DNA of 62,034 nucleotides, filler included, from Deltaproteobacteria bacterium (GCA_030698575.1; 11 parts of 11 records of this genome joined end to end with filler, not necessarily neighbours in it); one strand, 5' to 3'. Counted from the whole stretch's first letter, positions 10,287 to 21,593 are shown. The notes: generated by a model not told the origin, from the sequence alone. Translations and numbers: made by a program.

Positions 10287-12077
10287 ATGCAGATAAACAC
10301 ACCCTTCAGTCTCCTCTGGAGCGTGCTGGCGCTCAGCCTCGCGTTGTTAATCCTCGCCCGCGATCACACCGCGCCGGCGAACCGCGCCCTCGGAAGATTC
10401 TTCATTGCCCTCACCTGGTGGGCCTTCTGCGAGTTCCTCTGGAACAACGCAGCCACGGAAACCCTCGCGCTCAAGTGGCTTCACATCGGGATGCCGGGCT
10501 TCCTCTCGCTGGGGGGGCTCTATCTGGCCTTTGTCCTACGCCTGACCGAGCGCGAAGCGCTGCTGCACAGGCGCTGGTTCAATCCGTTCGCATACGGCGT
10601 TCCCATTCTGATCGGGGTCGCGGCCGTCACGATCAGTCCGCTCTGGGAAGGCCTCACCCGGACTTCCTGGGGGTGGGGCTACAGGCCCACGGCGCTCTAC
10701 GCCCTATGGTTCAGCCATCTCGCAGCCTGCTTCACACTGGGAATCTGGAACAACTTTCGGTACCTGATCGAGGCGCGGTCCGTGCGTGTCAGGCGCAAGG
10801 CCTCGTTCCTGCTCGTGGCTTCGATGATCCCCATTGTGGCGGGGTCGCTCACGGACGCCATTCTCCCCCTTCTCGACATCCAGGTGTTCCGTTTAGCATC
10901 CCTCGCGGCCACGGTCATGCTCGGTATTTTCATCTACGCCATGGTCGTCTACCGCGAGCCCCTGGTCAGCCCCCAGACCGTTTCCTCGGAGATCCTCGCC
11001 ACGATTCCCGACGCGGTTCTTCTCATCGACAACGACGGCCGGCTGGTCTACTCGAATGCCGCCGCCGCGCTTCTCGCGGGAAGAACCCCGGAAAGCCTCC
11101 AGGGACTGCCGATCGAGGATCTTTTGGAGGTCCCGTCGGAGGCCCTGAAGATGTCCGCCAGCGGCCCTGGAAGCTTTGGCGATCTGCATAACGCGGAGGT
11201 GTTCCTCAGGGACTGGGATGGAAAGAAGGTCCCGGTCGCGCTCAGCACCTCGGCCCTCGTGGACGACAATGGAGATTTCGTAGGCCTTGCCGGCGTCGCG
11301 CGCGACTTGCGCGCGGAAAGACGACTCAAGACGCAGGTGGCCCGGTCCGACAGGCTCGCGGCCATCGGGCGCCTTGCATCGGGCATCGGACACGAGATCA
11401 ACAATCCCATCACCTACGTCTCGATGAACCTGCGATCGCTCCGGTCCGAGATTGACGGATGTGAAAAAGCCGCCGTTGAAGCCTCAGCGGGCGGCGCGAA
11501 CGATCGGGATATCTGGAAGACGCATGTCGGTCAGATGCGCGAGCTTCTCGACGATAGTATTGAAGGAGCGGCCCGCATCAACGAGATCGTCCAGAACATG
11601 CGCCGCTTCTCCAGCATGAGCGCGGGCAAGCTCAGCAGGACCGACCTCAAAGCTGAGATGACACGGGCGCTGAGCGTGGCGGATCCGGAAGTCAAGGCCC
11701 ACGCCAAAGTGCATCTCGATGTGGTTTCGATTCCGTCCGTCATGGCGCGAACTTCGGAACTCCAGCAAGTGCTCGTGAATCTCCTCATCAACGCCACCCA
11801 GGCGATCTCCGGCTACGGCAACATCTGGATCCGGATGGCTCAGGAAGGGGGCTGGGCCTCCCTCGAGATCGAGGATGACGGCTCCGGCATCGATCCTGAA
11901 GTGATGCCCTACATCTTCGACCCATACTTCACCACGAAGGAGGGCGGCACGGGGACGGGGCTCGGTCTCGCGATCGCCTACCAGCTCATCGAAGGCATGG
12001 GCGGGCGCATCGCGGTTCGCGCGGCGAGAAGGGCTGGAACGGTCTTTCGCCTGGAGCTCCCGCTGGCCGCCATCTGA
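10287..12077 (+). CDS. Sensor histidine kinase (N-terminal 7TM, PAS, HisKA, HATPase)
   Basis: About seven TM segments, PAS (IPDAVLLID...SNAAA), H-box GHEINNP, N-box NLLINA, DDGSG, GTGLGL. Confidence 0.92.
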   Translation: MQINTPFSLLWSVLALSLALLILARDHTAPANRALGRFFIALTWWAFCEFLWNNAATETLALKWLHIGMPGFLSLGGLYLAFVLRLTEREALLHRRWFNPFAYGVPILIGVAAVTISPLWEGLTRTSWGWGYRPTALYALWFSHLAACFTLGIWNNFRYLIEARSVRVRRKASFLLVASMIPIVAGSLTDAILPLLDIQVFRLASLAATVMLGIFIYAMVVYREPLVSPQTVSSEILATIPDAVLLIDNDGRLVYSNAAAALLAGRTPESLQGLPIEDLLEVPSEALKMSASGPGSFGDLHNAEVFLRDWDGKKVPVALSTSALVDDNGDFVGLAGVARDLRAERRLKTQVARSDRLAAIGRLASGIGHEINNPITYVSMNLRSLRSEIDGCEKAAVEASAGGANDRDIWKTHVGQMRELLDDSIEGAARINEIVQNMRRFSSMSAGKLSRTDLKAEMTRALSVADPEVKAHAKVHLDVVSIPSVMARTSELQQVLVNLLINATQAISGYGNIWIRMAQEGGWASLEIEDDGSGIDPEVMPYIFDPYFTTKEGGTGTGLGLAIAYQLIEGMGGRIAVRAARRAGTVFRLELPLAAI

Positions 12078-12274
12078 GCAAACCGTCTCGTCCGGCTGTG
12101 CACAAGCCTCACCGCCAGGCCGGAAGCGCTCGTTTCATCCCTCCATCCCCTCGGTATCACGCCCTTCACTGACACATCGCGCCCGGGTGCGGGACCGGCA
12201 AGCAGTCAGCTATACTGCTCCCTCTCGCCAAGGAGCGCGCAACTCGCCCGCTCAACCCCGGAGTTCACGAACGT

Positions 12275-13738
12275 ATGCATCGATATCTGCTTGTCCTCGT
12301 TCTCGTCCTTCTCTCACTTCCTCTCGGACCTGTTCAGACCCTGGCGCTCGACGGCGCCGACGGCGAGGGTGAGGCCTCCGTCGCAACCGCCGCGCGCACC
12401 CTTACCCGGACCGTGGATCCCGTCATCGTGCAGGGAAAGGAGCTGCCCGGCATGAGCGGCCGTCCCCTGGCGAGCCTCCGCGCGTTCGCCCTGCGCGACG
12501 GGCGCCTCGAAGCGATCCCATACCAGATTGACGAATTCGACGAGAAGGGACGCATCACGTGCCCGGAGGGGAAGGACCCGCGGAAAGACGAAGACGAGGG
12601 GCATCTCGATTCGAACGACGAAGTGGTGGTCATGGCGGCCGATCTCGGCGACAAGGCCCCCCGCCGCATCTTCCCGCGCGACGCGAGAGCGGCTTCAGAG
12701 GTGAGGGTGCAGGACCCGACGTCGGGGACCCAGGCCTGGTTCTATGTCTTCGATTTCGATTCTCCGCCGCCGCCCTCGCCGGTTGAGTACGTCCAGTACG
12801 ACCCGACGGAGGACAAGGCCTCGTCGGATCTCTACCTGGTGGATTTCAACGAGCGGCGCTCGATCCTCCTCGACGATATGAGAATCAAGGGTAAGGACGG
12901 CAAGCTCGGGGTGAACATCATCGATCGGATCAAGGTTCGCACGTGGTTCAAGTCGCGGATCTTCATCACCTTCAAGTTCAACGAGGAGGATATCACCAGC
13001 CACGTCACGGCCCACAAGAACGGCCCCATCCGCTCGGTGCGCTCCGCCGACTACTTTCTGAAGCTCCTGTTCATCAAGGTCACGCCGTCGGCGCACGTGG
13101 ACTATCTCTTCTATCGCAACGCCATTGTCGGGCCCGGCGAACTGAAGGTGCCCTTCAACCCGAAGCTCGTGCTGCGGGGCGGGAGCCGGGCTGTCACGGG
13201 GCTCGACTTCGACGAGGCTGTCCGCGGCTGGCAGTTCTACAGCGCCAGGAACCCCAATCCCATCGTGCTCGACGGCATCAACAAGACTGGAGACGGCCTC
13301 GAGAAGAAAGATGTCAACTGGTTTGCCCTGTTCGGGGAAGAGGGCGGCACCATGACGCGCGTCGTCTACGGCCCCAGCATCCTGAAAGCCAAGCAGGGGT
13401 ACGACCTGTACTACGTCGATGACCTCGATCAGGATGGCTCCCCCGAGAGGACGAAGGGCGAGACGATGTTCGGGTTTACCATGGACCTTCTGAAGCTTCC
13501 CCGGGGGGCCCACCAGCTCTGGTTTTACCAGTATTTTGCGTCACCCTTCACTATGGGTGATGAGGTGAAGTTCAACGACATCCTCGATCACGCGCTTGAG
13601 CCGCGCGCGCTCGCGGTCTCGGTTCCCCGCGACGGCATGGCCACGCCGAGCGCGGCGGGAAGCGACCCGGGGGAGAATGGGGAAGCGCTCCCGGCCCACG
13701 GCGGGAAGGCCGGCGAAGCCGCCGACAGGGAGGGCTGA
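12275..13738 (+). CDS. Secreted hypothetical protein
   Basis: 487 aa with signal peptide and typical GC-rich codon usage; IPYQIDE motif; family not recognised. Confidence 0.8.
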   Translation: MHRYLLVLVLVLLSLPLGPVQTLALDGADGEGEASVATAARTLTRTVDPVIVQGKELPGMSGRPLASLRAFALRDGRLEAIPYQIDEFDEKGRITCPEGKDPRKDEDEGHLDSNDEVVVMAADLGDKAPRRIFPRDARAASEVRVQDPTSGTQAWFYVFDFDSPPPPSPVEYVQYDPTEDKASSDLYLVDFNERRSILLDDMRIKGKDGKLGVNIIDRIKVRTWFKSRIFITFKFNEEDITSHVTAHKNGPIRSVRSADYFLKLLFIKVTPSAHVDYLFYRNAIVGPGELKVPFNPKLVLRGGSRAVTGLDFDEAVRGWQFYSARNPNPIVLDGINKTGDGLEKKDVNWFALFGEEGGTMTRVVYGPSILKAKQGYDLYYVDDLDQDGSPERTKGETMFGFTMDLLKLPRGAHQLWFYQYFASPFTMGDEVKFNDILDHALEPRALAVSVPRDGMATPSAAGSDPGENGEALPAHGGKAGEAADREG

Positions 13739-13742
13739 GGGC

Positions 13743-14192
13743 GTGAAATCCCGCGTCGAGCGAAGGGTCATCTTCGCCGAAACCGACGCCATGCGGATTG
13801 TGTACTATGCGAACTATCTGAAGTATTTCGAGATCGGGCGCGCGGAATTCTTCAGGGAATTTGACGCGCCCTTCACCCACTACATCGACAAGGGCCTCTA
13901 TCTCGCGGTTACAGAGACGGCCGCCCGCTATCACCGGCCGGCGCGCTACGATGATATGCTCATCATCGAAACAAGCCTGACGCGGCTTGGCCGGGCAACG
14001 CTCGACATGGGATACGTGATCACGCTCAAGGACACCGGGGATCTGATCTCGACCGGGATGACCGGCCACGCGATCCTGGATGAATCCGGGCGCGTACGCC
14101 GCTTCGATCCTGATTTTATAGGGCGCCTACGGCCCCTGCTTTCGGATCCCCCGCCCGCGAGGGCCGGTGCCCGGAGGAGAGGCGAATCATGA
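13743..14192 (+). CDS. Acyl-CoA thioesterase (YbgC/4HBT family)
   Basis: RVIFAETDAMRIVYYANYLKYFEIGR, YHRPARYDD; GTG start at 13743. Confidence 0.9.
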   Translation: MKSRVERRVIFAETDAMRIVYYANYLKYFEIGRAEFFREFDAPFTHYIDKGLYLAVTETAARYHRPARYDDMLIIETSLTRLGRATLDMGYVITLKDTGDLISTGMTGHAILDESGRVRRFDPDFIGRLRPLLSDPPPARAGARRRGES

Positions 14193-15292
14193 GCTTCATG
14201 GACTTTCTCGGATGGGCAGGCGGAACCCTGGGGTTCATCGTCTTGCTCTGGGCCGCCGCCGCGGTCTGGATCACGCGCCGCCACCGGATATCGACCCTCC
14301 CAGACGAACGGCACGCCGCCGTCACGACGGACGGCTGGCTGCTCGCCCTTCACCGGTATCTGCCGCGGACGGAAGGCCCCGGCCGGGGGCCGGTTCTCCT
14401 CTGTCACGGACTTCTGGCCAACCGGGGAAACCTGGATCTCGATGAGCGACGCTCCGTCGCCAGGTACCTGGCCGGGATGGGCTTCGACGCCTGGGTGATC
14501 GAGCTGCGGGGCAGCGGCCTCTCGCGGGACGCGAACGGCCGCCGGGGGCTCGGGCGCATCACCTTCGATGACTACGTGGAGCGCGATATCCCCGCCGCCA
14601 TCCAGACCATCCTCAAGGAAACAGGTTGGGAGCAGCTTCAGTGGGTCGGCCACAGCATGGGCGGGATGCTGCTTTACGCCTACCTCTCGAACCGGGACGA
14701 CAGATCCATCGCGGCCGCCGTGACCATCGGTTCGCCGATCGACTTCACGGTGCTCTCGCGAACGGCGCGTGACCTGCTGCGCCTGCGGCCGCTCCTTCGA
14801 CTCGGCTGGGTTCCCCTCGGCTACATGCTTCGCGGGTTGCTCCCTCTCCTGCGGCTGTCACGCCGGGCGCTGCTCGACATGGGCCTCGTTTCGTCGAACC
14901 TGAGCGGCGCCGAGATCGGCGAAGTGCTCGTCAACGTGATCGAGGGTTTCGGCCCGGCCGGCGTTCTGGAGCAGTTCGGCAACTGGGTCGAGGAGGGCGT
15001 CTACGTGAGCCGCGACGGGCGCCGGCCCTACGGCACCCTGACGCACCTTCGATGCCCGCTCCTGGTCATCCAGCCGTCGCTCGACAACATTGCGCCTCCG
15101 GACAGCGTGCGCCCGGCCGTCGATCGGGCGCCTGCGACCGAGAAGACCTACCGCCTCTTCGGAAAGGTGTCCGGCGACGATCGCGACTACGGCCACGGAG
15201 ACATCCTGCTCTCCGACGCGGCTCGCCAGAACGTCTTCCCTCTCATTGCTGACTGGCTCATCAAGCACGCCCCCTCGCCGCCACAGGCCTGA
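14189..15292 (+). CDS. Alpha/beta fold hydrolase with N-terminal membrane anchor
   Basis: LCHG, nucleophile GHSMGG, D-N-I-A acid, YGHGD. Confidence 0.9.
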   Translation: MSFMDFLGWAGGTLGFIVLLWAAAAVWITRRHRISTLPDERHAAVTTDGWLLALHRYLPRTEGPGRGPVLLCHGLLANRGNLDLDERRSVARYLAGMGFDAWVIELRGSGLSRDANGRRGLGRITFDDYVERDIPAAIQTILKETGWEQLQWVGHSMGGMLLYAYLSNRDDRSIAAAVTIGSPIDFTVLSRTARDLLRLRPLLRLGWVPLGYMLRGLLPLLRLSRRALLDMGLVSSNLSGAEIGEVLVNVIEGFGPAGVLEQFGNWVEEGVYVSRDGRRPYGTLTHLRCPLLVIQPSLDNIAPPDSVRPAVDRAPATEKTYRLFGKVSGDDRDYGHGDILLSDAARQNVFPLIADWLIKHAPSPPQA

Positions 15293-15580
15293 TTTCAGGC
15301 CTTCGCGGCCTCTCAAACCGCTAAACCCCACAGACAGGGTGACCATTCGCGTCACCACACCGGGGGCGATGTCCCGTTTCCGGGACATCCGTCCTTTCCC
15401 CCGGCAGCAGGCCCTCCGCCGACCTCCCTGATTGCATGGAAGCTTCCAGTACCTCTCAAGCTCCGTGACGCCAGCGCCGATAAATACAGACAGCGTTGGG
15501 CAGTTCCGCGGTGCCGGCTACCCACCCGGGGATAGGCGTGCCGCGGAGTTGGATGCCACGGGGAGGGAGGCACAAAGAGA

Positions 15581-16270
15581 ATGCGATCCAGGTTAATCAT
15601 CTTAGCTGTGCTGGTTCTTTTCGGTTTCGCTGCGAGCGTCCACGAGGCTTCGGCATTGCCGCTGGGGCCGAAGCTCTATATGCAGATTGACAAGTGGACC
15701 TTCAAGCCGGCCAAGGGGGACAAGCCCGGTGAGCTTCAGATCAAGAAAGGGAATGTAATCGCGGTCCAGTACGCCGATGACACCGTGGTTACTCAACCGA
15801 CGGATTTCGAGACCATCGTCGGCGCGAAGGTGAAGTTTCAGAAAAAGATCCAGCAGTCGATGAACGATCCGTTCACCTTCATGGACTCCACGCTCGAGAT
15901 CGTGAGCGGCAAGACCGTCTACATCGCGGGAATGCTGACGAACGTCACTTTCGATCCGGGCGTCAACATGACCGACGGAATTGTGACGCTCAACCTCGGC
16001 TTCCAGCTGGATAACCTCTGGTTCAGCACGCTGAACACGAGCGCCAATTCACGTTTCACGGAAGAGTACGCCACGCTCAGCAGCATGACGGCTGGCGCGC
16101 TGGCGCTGACGCTGGTCAGCTCCAGCGAGGCGGGCGAGCGGATCGATCTCTTCAACGTGAAGTCGAAGGGAAGGGCCTCGGCCGAGTTCCAGCTTCCGGA
16201 GCCAGGCTCCATCGCGCTCCTGGGTGCGGGGCTGGCCGGCCTCGCGCGGCTCCGGCGGCGTCGCAACTAG
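15581..16270 (+). CDS. PEP-CTERM sorting domain protein
   Basis: Signal peptide; C-terminus LPEPGSIALLGAGLAGLARLRRRRN. Confidence 0.92.
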   Translation: MRSRLIILAVLVLFGFAASVHEASALPLGPKLYMQIDKWTFKPAKGDKPGELQIKKGNVIAVQYADDTVVTQPTDFETIVGAKVKFQKKIQQSMNDPFTFMDSTLEIVSGKTVYIAGMLTNVTFDPGVNMTDGIVTLNLGFQLDNLWFSTLNTSANSRFTEEYATLSSMTAGALALTLVSSSEAGERIDLFNVKSKGRASAEFQLPEPGSIALLGAGLAGLARLRRRRN

Positions 16271-16320
16271 CCTCCTCCCCAGCAGGGCCGCCCAAGCGGG
16301 GGCGGTCTCCGAAACAGCAG

Positions 16321-16357
16321 AGCCCCCGGAACTTGTGTTCCGGGGGCTTCGCTTTTT
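16321..16357 (+). terminator. Rho-independent terminator after the PEP-CTERM gene
   Basis: 12-bp perfect stem AGCCCCCGGAAC/GTTCCGGGGGCT followed by TCGCTTTTT. Confidence 0.8.
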
Positions 16358-16723
16358 GTGCCGCCTCTTTTCTCCGGTCTCTCTCTTCGATGTCCGGGCG
16401 CAAAGCGAAAGGCGGCTCCGAGGAGCCGCCACTTGCATGGGGTGACCGCCACAGCCGACGTGGCCAGTGAATTTAAACCCTGTATTACCAGGTGGGCTCC
16501 GTGTCGCGAGCGTCCGGTTTTCCGCACTGGGCGGAAGACACTCAGCAGCGAGGAACGGATCCCGGTTTTGAGCATTAGGGTAGAAATTGCAACCGGCCAT
16601 CGCGTACCAGGCAGTCCCGAGGGNNNNNNNNNNNNNNNNNNNNNNNNNNNNNNNNNNNNNNNNNNNNTTAATTAATTAANNNNNNNNNNNNNNNNNNNNN
16701 NNNNNNNNNNNNNNNNNNNNNNN

Positions 16724-19296
16724 GGTGCCAATAGATGGTCATCGGACAACCCTTTGACAAAATAAAATGGGGGGCCCTCCGGTGTCTTATCGGCCTTTAC
16801 TCGGCTCAGCAAGAAGCGGTTCCCTTCCCAGCACTGCACCCATAAAGTTGGACGGGGTTCATTCCAAAGTGGACGGACCGAACTGTAATAACACCAGCGC
16901 GAATCGAAGGGCCGCATGACATAGCGGCGCAAACGGTTGCTATCAAACGATTCAGAAGTAATCACTTTCTTGCGAGTCTTCACAGCATCAAAACGGGCTG
17001 CGTTCCGTTTCAAGCCGAGATGGAGGGATCCAATCTCATTCCATGATGCATCAGGATCGTAGTAAACTTTCATCCGGCTCCCTAGAACGTCCCTATCAAT
17101 ATCAATTAGAGCCCCTCCGCGTTTTTCCATCAGCCCATTACTGGGAGATTCGAGGGATAGTTCGACGAGCCTCGGCCATCCCATGTACTGATCTGAAACA
17201 TTCTGTGGCCGAAACGAGAATCGGTTACTCTCCCGCGGAGAGGCGTGCTCATAACAGGCCTCAAAGTTCGCCGTCTGAAGGCTTTCGAGTAGATCTCTTC
17301 GCTTGGATGCGCCCCAGAAATTACGAAATCTGACGGAATACTTCTTCCTGTCGGCGGCTCCACGCACCATTAGGCCCACGGCCGTTCCGACCCGTATGCC
17401 CTCGCGGTTTCGCTCTGTTGAGAAAACGGACGGATCCGGTTTTCCATCAGGCGTGAGCTTTCCTGTCTCTCTACTGTCTCCATTCATTGAATCAAACCAG
17501 AGCTTGTCAAATTCATTCAAAAACCGCTTTCGCATAACTACAAATGATGGATCGCTGAGGTAGGAAAAGTTCGAGATGTAGCAAACGATTCCCTTGCCTG
17601 TCATCTCCGCGATGCGTCGCTCTGCCAAACGAAAGAAGCGAATGTAAAGATCGTCGAGATTGAACTTCTTGATCTTCCATTCAGAAATCAAGCCCTCCTT
17701 GTATGGATCCACCAAGCCCAGCTCTTGGGCCGGGCTCACGCCCGCGAAGGAGTTGTACGGTGGATTACCCAGAACCACCAAGATGGGTTCCGCTCGTTTC
17801 ACTTGTGCGGCGGCGTCGCGCTCGGCTACAAACTCGGGAAATGCCGGGGTTGCCGGCGAACCCACGGGCGGTTCCCACCCGGTTAGGGCGTTGGTGAGAT
17901 AGACACTGATGCGCTCTCCGTAGTCTTCAAGCGGCGCTCCCAGGTTTCGGAGCAGGAGCCCCAGTTGAAGGTGCGCGACGACGAAGGGGGCCGGGAGGAT
18001 TTCGAAACCAAAAACCCGATCGCGGGCAATGCGTTTTAGATCCTGTGCCAAGAGAGCATCGGAACCTTTCTCACGGAGCGTGTTGGCGATTCGCTTGAGA
18101 ACTTCAACGAGGAAAGTGCCGGTGCCGCAGCATGGGTCGAGTACGTAGACATTGGGATCCGCCAAACCATCTTCGAGCCCCAGATCCTCTCGAAGCACGG
18201 TATCCACCCGTGCCACCATGTACTGGACGATCTCCATAGGTGTGTACCAGACTCCCAGTTGCTTCCGAAGCGCGGGATCGAAGGCCTCGAGGAATGGTTC
18301 GTAGAAGTACTGAACTGCTTGGCCTTCATCGAACTTTTCGAAGAAGTTGGCACGATCCACACGGTTCAGGGTCGCGGCGCTCCAGTCGAGCACTTCGACC
18401 AGCCCCAGGGGGCCGAGTTGACTCGGCGTCGCGATCTGTTCGAAGAGCGTGCGGATCATCGGTACATGGAGGGACCACGCGGCCGCCTTCCAGTCGAAGG
18501 AGGCCTTTTGATCCGTGGGTCGGTGTTCCTTGCTCCAAAGTACCCAGGCCGAGAAGACTCCATAAAAGAGCGTTTGCACGAGCGTCGATCGGAAGAAATG
18601 TTCACCCTTCGGGCCTTCAAACTGGAGTCCGAGGGACTCTTCCAAGGATGTCCGAACCGCTTTTAGCGCTGGCAGATCCGCGTTCTCGATTCGGGAGAGA
18701 GCGTCGCGTGCGTAGGATGCCAGAAACCAGGCCACGTCCTCAGGTGCCGCCAGTGGCGCAGCATGCATCATCACTCGTTTCAGGTAGTCTTCGAGTCGCT
18801 TTCCCTGCGTGGTAGCGGTTGCGCGAGGGTGTGCCGCTGCTTCCCAGAAAGCCCGCTCATCGGCGGCAAGGGAATAGCTTTCAAGGATGATCGGTTCTCC
18901 ATCCCCTCCCCTCGTGGTCAATGCGAAGTCGCGGTAGTTCGTGATGAGAAGTTGCCGGTACTTAGAGAGGTAGTCCTTGACCTGCTTGGTTCTTGCGATT
19001 TGGCGGACACTGTCTTTGGTCGGCTTGGCTTCGAGGGCACCGCGAGCGGGGAGTTGCCCGGGCAGCGGTGTCTCGGCCGATGGTTTTTGGAATTGATCGG
19101 CGGTGAACAAACCGCCATCCGGATGCCCCGCCCCTCGATTCTTGAGCGTGATGATGCAACGCACCTTGGGCTTAAGGGTTTTTCCAATTTCGTTGAAGAG
19201 AGTCTCCAGAGGACCGTAGTAGGAGGTTTCGTCGACCCCGCTCCCGGAGGAACGAATTCGGCTGAGCGAGCGGAGATAGGTTTCAAGTGGGTGCAT
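16724..19296 (-). CDS. Single-chain restriction-modification enzyme (N6-adenine MTase with type ISP-like C-terminal TRD and N-terminal PD-(D/E)xK-like domain), 3' partial
   Basis: GHPDGG...LEAK, GVWYTP, motif I VLDPCCGTGTF, motif IV GNPPY; start reassigned to ATG 19296 (MHPLETY). Confidence 0.88.
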
Positions 19297-19384
19297 CAAA
19301 GAACTCCGGGACGGACCGAAATCGCGGCCATCATAACCCAAAACAGAGACAGGACGGAGCGGGCTATTGCCCCGCACGCTCCTC

Positions 19385-20041
19385 TCACGGCCGGGTCTTC
19401 GGGGAAAAAGGGCAGAGATCGGCCAGCGCGCAGCCCGGGCATTCGGGCTTCCGCGCCTTGCAACAATGCCGCCCGTGAAGGATCAGCGCCTGCGAGAAGA
19501 GGCTCCAGTCTTTTTCCGGCAGAAGCTTCTGCAAATCGAACTCGATCTTGACCGGGTCGGTCTCCCGTGTGAGGGCGAGCCGCGGGCCGGAGAGGCGCTT
19601 CACGTGTGTGTCGACAATGATGCCCGCTTCGCCCCACACCGCCGCCCGCACCACGTTCGCCGTCTTTCGCCCCACGCCTCTGAGCTTCACCAGATCCTCG
19701 AGCGCCCGGGGCACTTTCCCGCCGTGCTCGTGCAGCAGATCCCGCGACAGCTCGCGGATGGCCCGGGCTTTCTGGCGATAGAAGCCGGTGCTGCGGATGT
19801 CCTCCTCGAGCTCGTCGGGGGGCGCGCGGACGAAGTCCTCGGCCTTGCGGTACTTGCGGAAGAGCGTTTTCGTAACCTCGTTCACCCGCTCGTCGGTGCA
19901 CTGGGCCGAGAGGATCGTGGCCACGAGCAGCTGAAGCGGATCGACGAAATCGAGCGTGCACCCCGCGCCGGGGTAGGCCTTCCGAAGTCGGCGCGCGATG
20001 GCTCCCGCGCGCTTTCGCCGCGCTACCGGGCTCTCTCTCAA
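19385..20041 (-). CDS. nth: Endonuclease III
   Basis: LLVATILSAQCTDERVN, HhH GVGRKTA, VDTHV, Fe-S cluster motif CKARKPECPGCALADLC. Confidence 0.96.
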   Translation of the reverse strand: MRESPVARRKRAGAIARRLRKAYPGAGCTLDFVDPLQLLVATILSAQCTDERVNEVTKTLFRKYRKAEDFVRAPPDELEEDIRSTGFYRQKARAIRELSRDLLHEHGGKVPRALEDLVKLRGVGRKTANVVRAAVWGEAGIIVDTHVKRLSGPRLALTRETDPVKIEFDLQKLLPEKDWSLFSQALILHGRHCCKARKPECPGCALADLCPFSPKTRP

Positions 20042-21039
20042 GGCGCGGTTCCCGCGCGGCGCCGCGGGCGCGTTCGCACGCGCTCTTTCCGCAGCACGAC
20101 GATCGTCTGGTGGGCGATGTTCGGGACGAAAGCGTAGGGGTAGCCGTAGGGGCGCAGGCGCGATCCGGCCTGGTACCAGATGATCTCCCCCTTCAGGAAG
20201 AAGCGGTGGTCGTGCTTGCCTTCCCGAAGAACAGGGCGGCGCGCGCGCTCGGCCACGTCGGCCTGCGTCATCATGTACTCACCGTCCTGGTACGCGTTGC
20301 GGAGGATGACCGCGGCGTAGCCGTCGGTGCGAAGCAGGGGGAGGAGCTTCCCGAAGAGTCGCTCCATCCGGTCGAGGAACTCGCCGTAGCTCGCGCTGTT
20401 CGAGAAATCCTCGGGATGGTCGCTGAAGGCGGAGTTGAAATCAGTGCGGCGGTTTGCGTTCTCGTAGGCGCCGTTGCACATGGTGCGCTCGAACTGGCGG
20501 TTGTAGGGGGGGTCGGTGGCCACGAAGTCCACACTTCCCGCCTCGATGCCGTCGAGAGATTTCAGGCAATCGCCCACGATGAAGGTCTGGGGCGCGATTT
20601 CCTCCTCGGCGCAGACCCGCTCATAAATGTCACGCCAGGCCGGGTTGATCTCGATGCCGATGGCGCGACGCCCGGCAACCGACGCGCCGAGCAGCGTCCC
20701 GCCCACGCCGGCAAAGGGATCGAGCACGCAGGCGCCCGGCTTCGTGAAGAACTCGACGAGCTCCTTCATGAGCTGTGGGGGTTTGTTGGCGCCGTGGGCT
20801 TTGCGCAGCTTGTGCCCGTAGGCCGACGGATAGGCGGTCTGCAGCACCGAGCGCGAGCGAAAGAGCCACTCCTCGCCGGTGAGATCATTCAGCTTGGTGC
20901 GGGGATGAACGGAGCGCACGGCTGCGGGGCGCTCTGGCTTGCCCTTCGCTGCCACGCCGGGGGGGCGCCGCGCCTTGCGCGTCGCGGCGGGTCGTTTGCG
21001 CACGCCTTTCCCCGTGGCGGGCGTTTTCATCGGCGCCAT
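20038..21039 (-). CDS. DNA amino-methyltransferase (N4-C/N6-A)
   Basis: Motif I VLDPFAGVG precedes motif IV TDPPY; 4-bp overlap with nth. Confidence 0.85.
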   Translation of the reverse strand: MAPMKTPATGKGVRKRPAATRKARRPPGVAAKGKPERPAAVRSVHPRTKLNDLTGEEWLFRSRSVLQTAYPSAYGHKLRKAHGANKPPQLMKELVEFFTKPGACVLDPFAGVGGTLLGASVAGRRAIGIEINPAWRDIYERVCAEEEIAPQTFIVGDCLKSLDGIEAGSVDFVATDPPYNRQFERTMCNGAYENANRRTDFNSAFSDHPEDFSNSASYGEFLDRMERLFGKLLPLLRTDGYAAVILRNAYQDGEYMMTQADVAERARRPVLREGKHDHRFFLKGEIIWYQAGSRLRPYGYPYAFVPNIAHQTIVVLRKERVRTRPRRRAGTAP

Positions 21040-21139
21040 GAAATCACACCGATCCGGGGAAGTAAAGAATTCCTTGGAATGTTGCGGGGCTGGGCGAGCG
21101 GCCTCTATATTGAGCGCCGGCCATTGCGTGAGGAGAGAG

Positions 21140-21593
21140 ATGGATCGGCAGTTCGATGTCGCGCTTCACGCGCGCCGCGCGGGGCGGTTGTTTTTCGCAC
21201 TCGTGGGGCTCACGTGGATGCTGATCGTGTTCGGCGCCATCGTGCGCGCCCACGGGGCGGGGCTCGCATGCCCCGACTGGCCCTACTGCTTCGGATCGCT
21301 TCTGCCGCGGCTGGACTTTCGCGTGCTGCTCGAGTGGGGCCACCGCGCGATTGCGGGGTCGCTCGTGCTGCTCTTCACGGGCGCCGCGCGGTACACGCTT
21401 CGCGAGCCGGAGTTGCGCGCGCGGGTGGGCGGGAAGATTCTGCTGGCGTCGGCGCTGCTTGCCGTGCAGGTGGTGCTGGGGGGCCTGACCGTCCTGCACC
21501 TTCTCGCGGAGTGGAGCGTGGTCTCGCACCTGGTCACGGGCAACGCGTTCTGTCTCGTCCTTCTGCTCACCGCGCGCGCGCTGCTCGGCTTCG
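21140..21593 (+). CDS. ctaA: Heme A synthase (COX15/CtaA), 3' partial
   Basis: GAIVRAHGAGLACPDWPYC, EWGHR, QVVLGGLTV. Confidence 0.9.

Noticed and set aside
15293-15460. Sigma54 promoter often found before PEP-CTERM genes
   Set aside because: TTGCA is present, but the GG required at -24 is missing
20110-21593. Long alternative ORFs such as 20110-21645, 23664-24860, 29030-30301, 32619-34508
   Set aside because: Antisense shadows of real GC-rich genes with no motifs, unlike the two nested nuclease ORFs in the helicase
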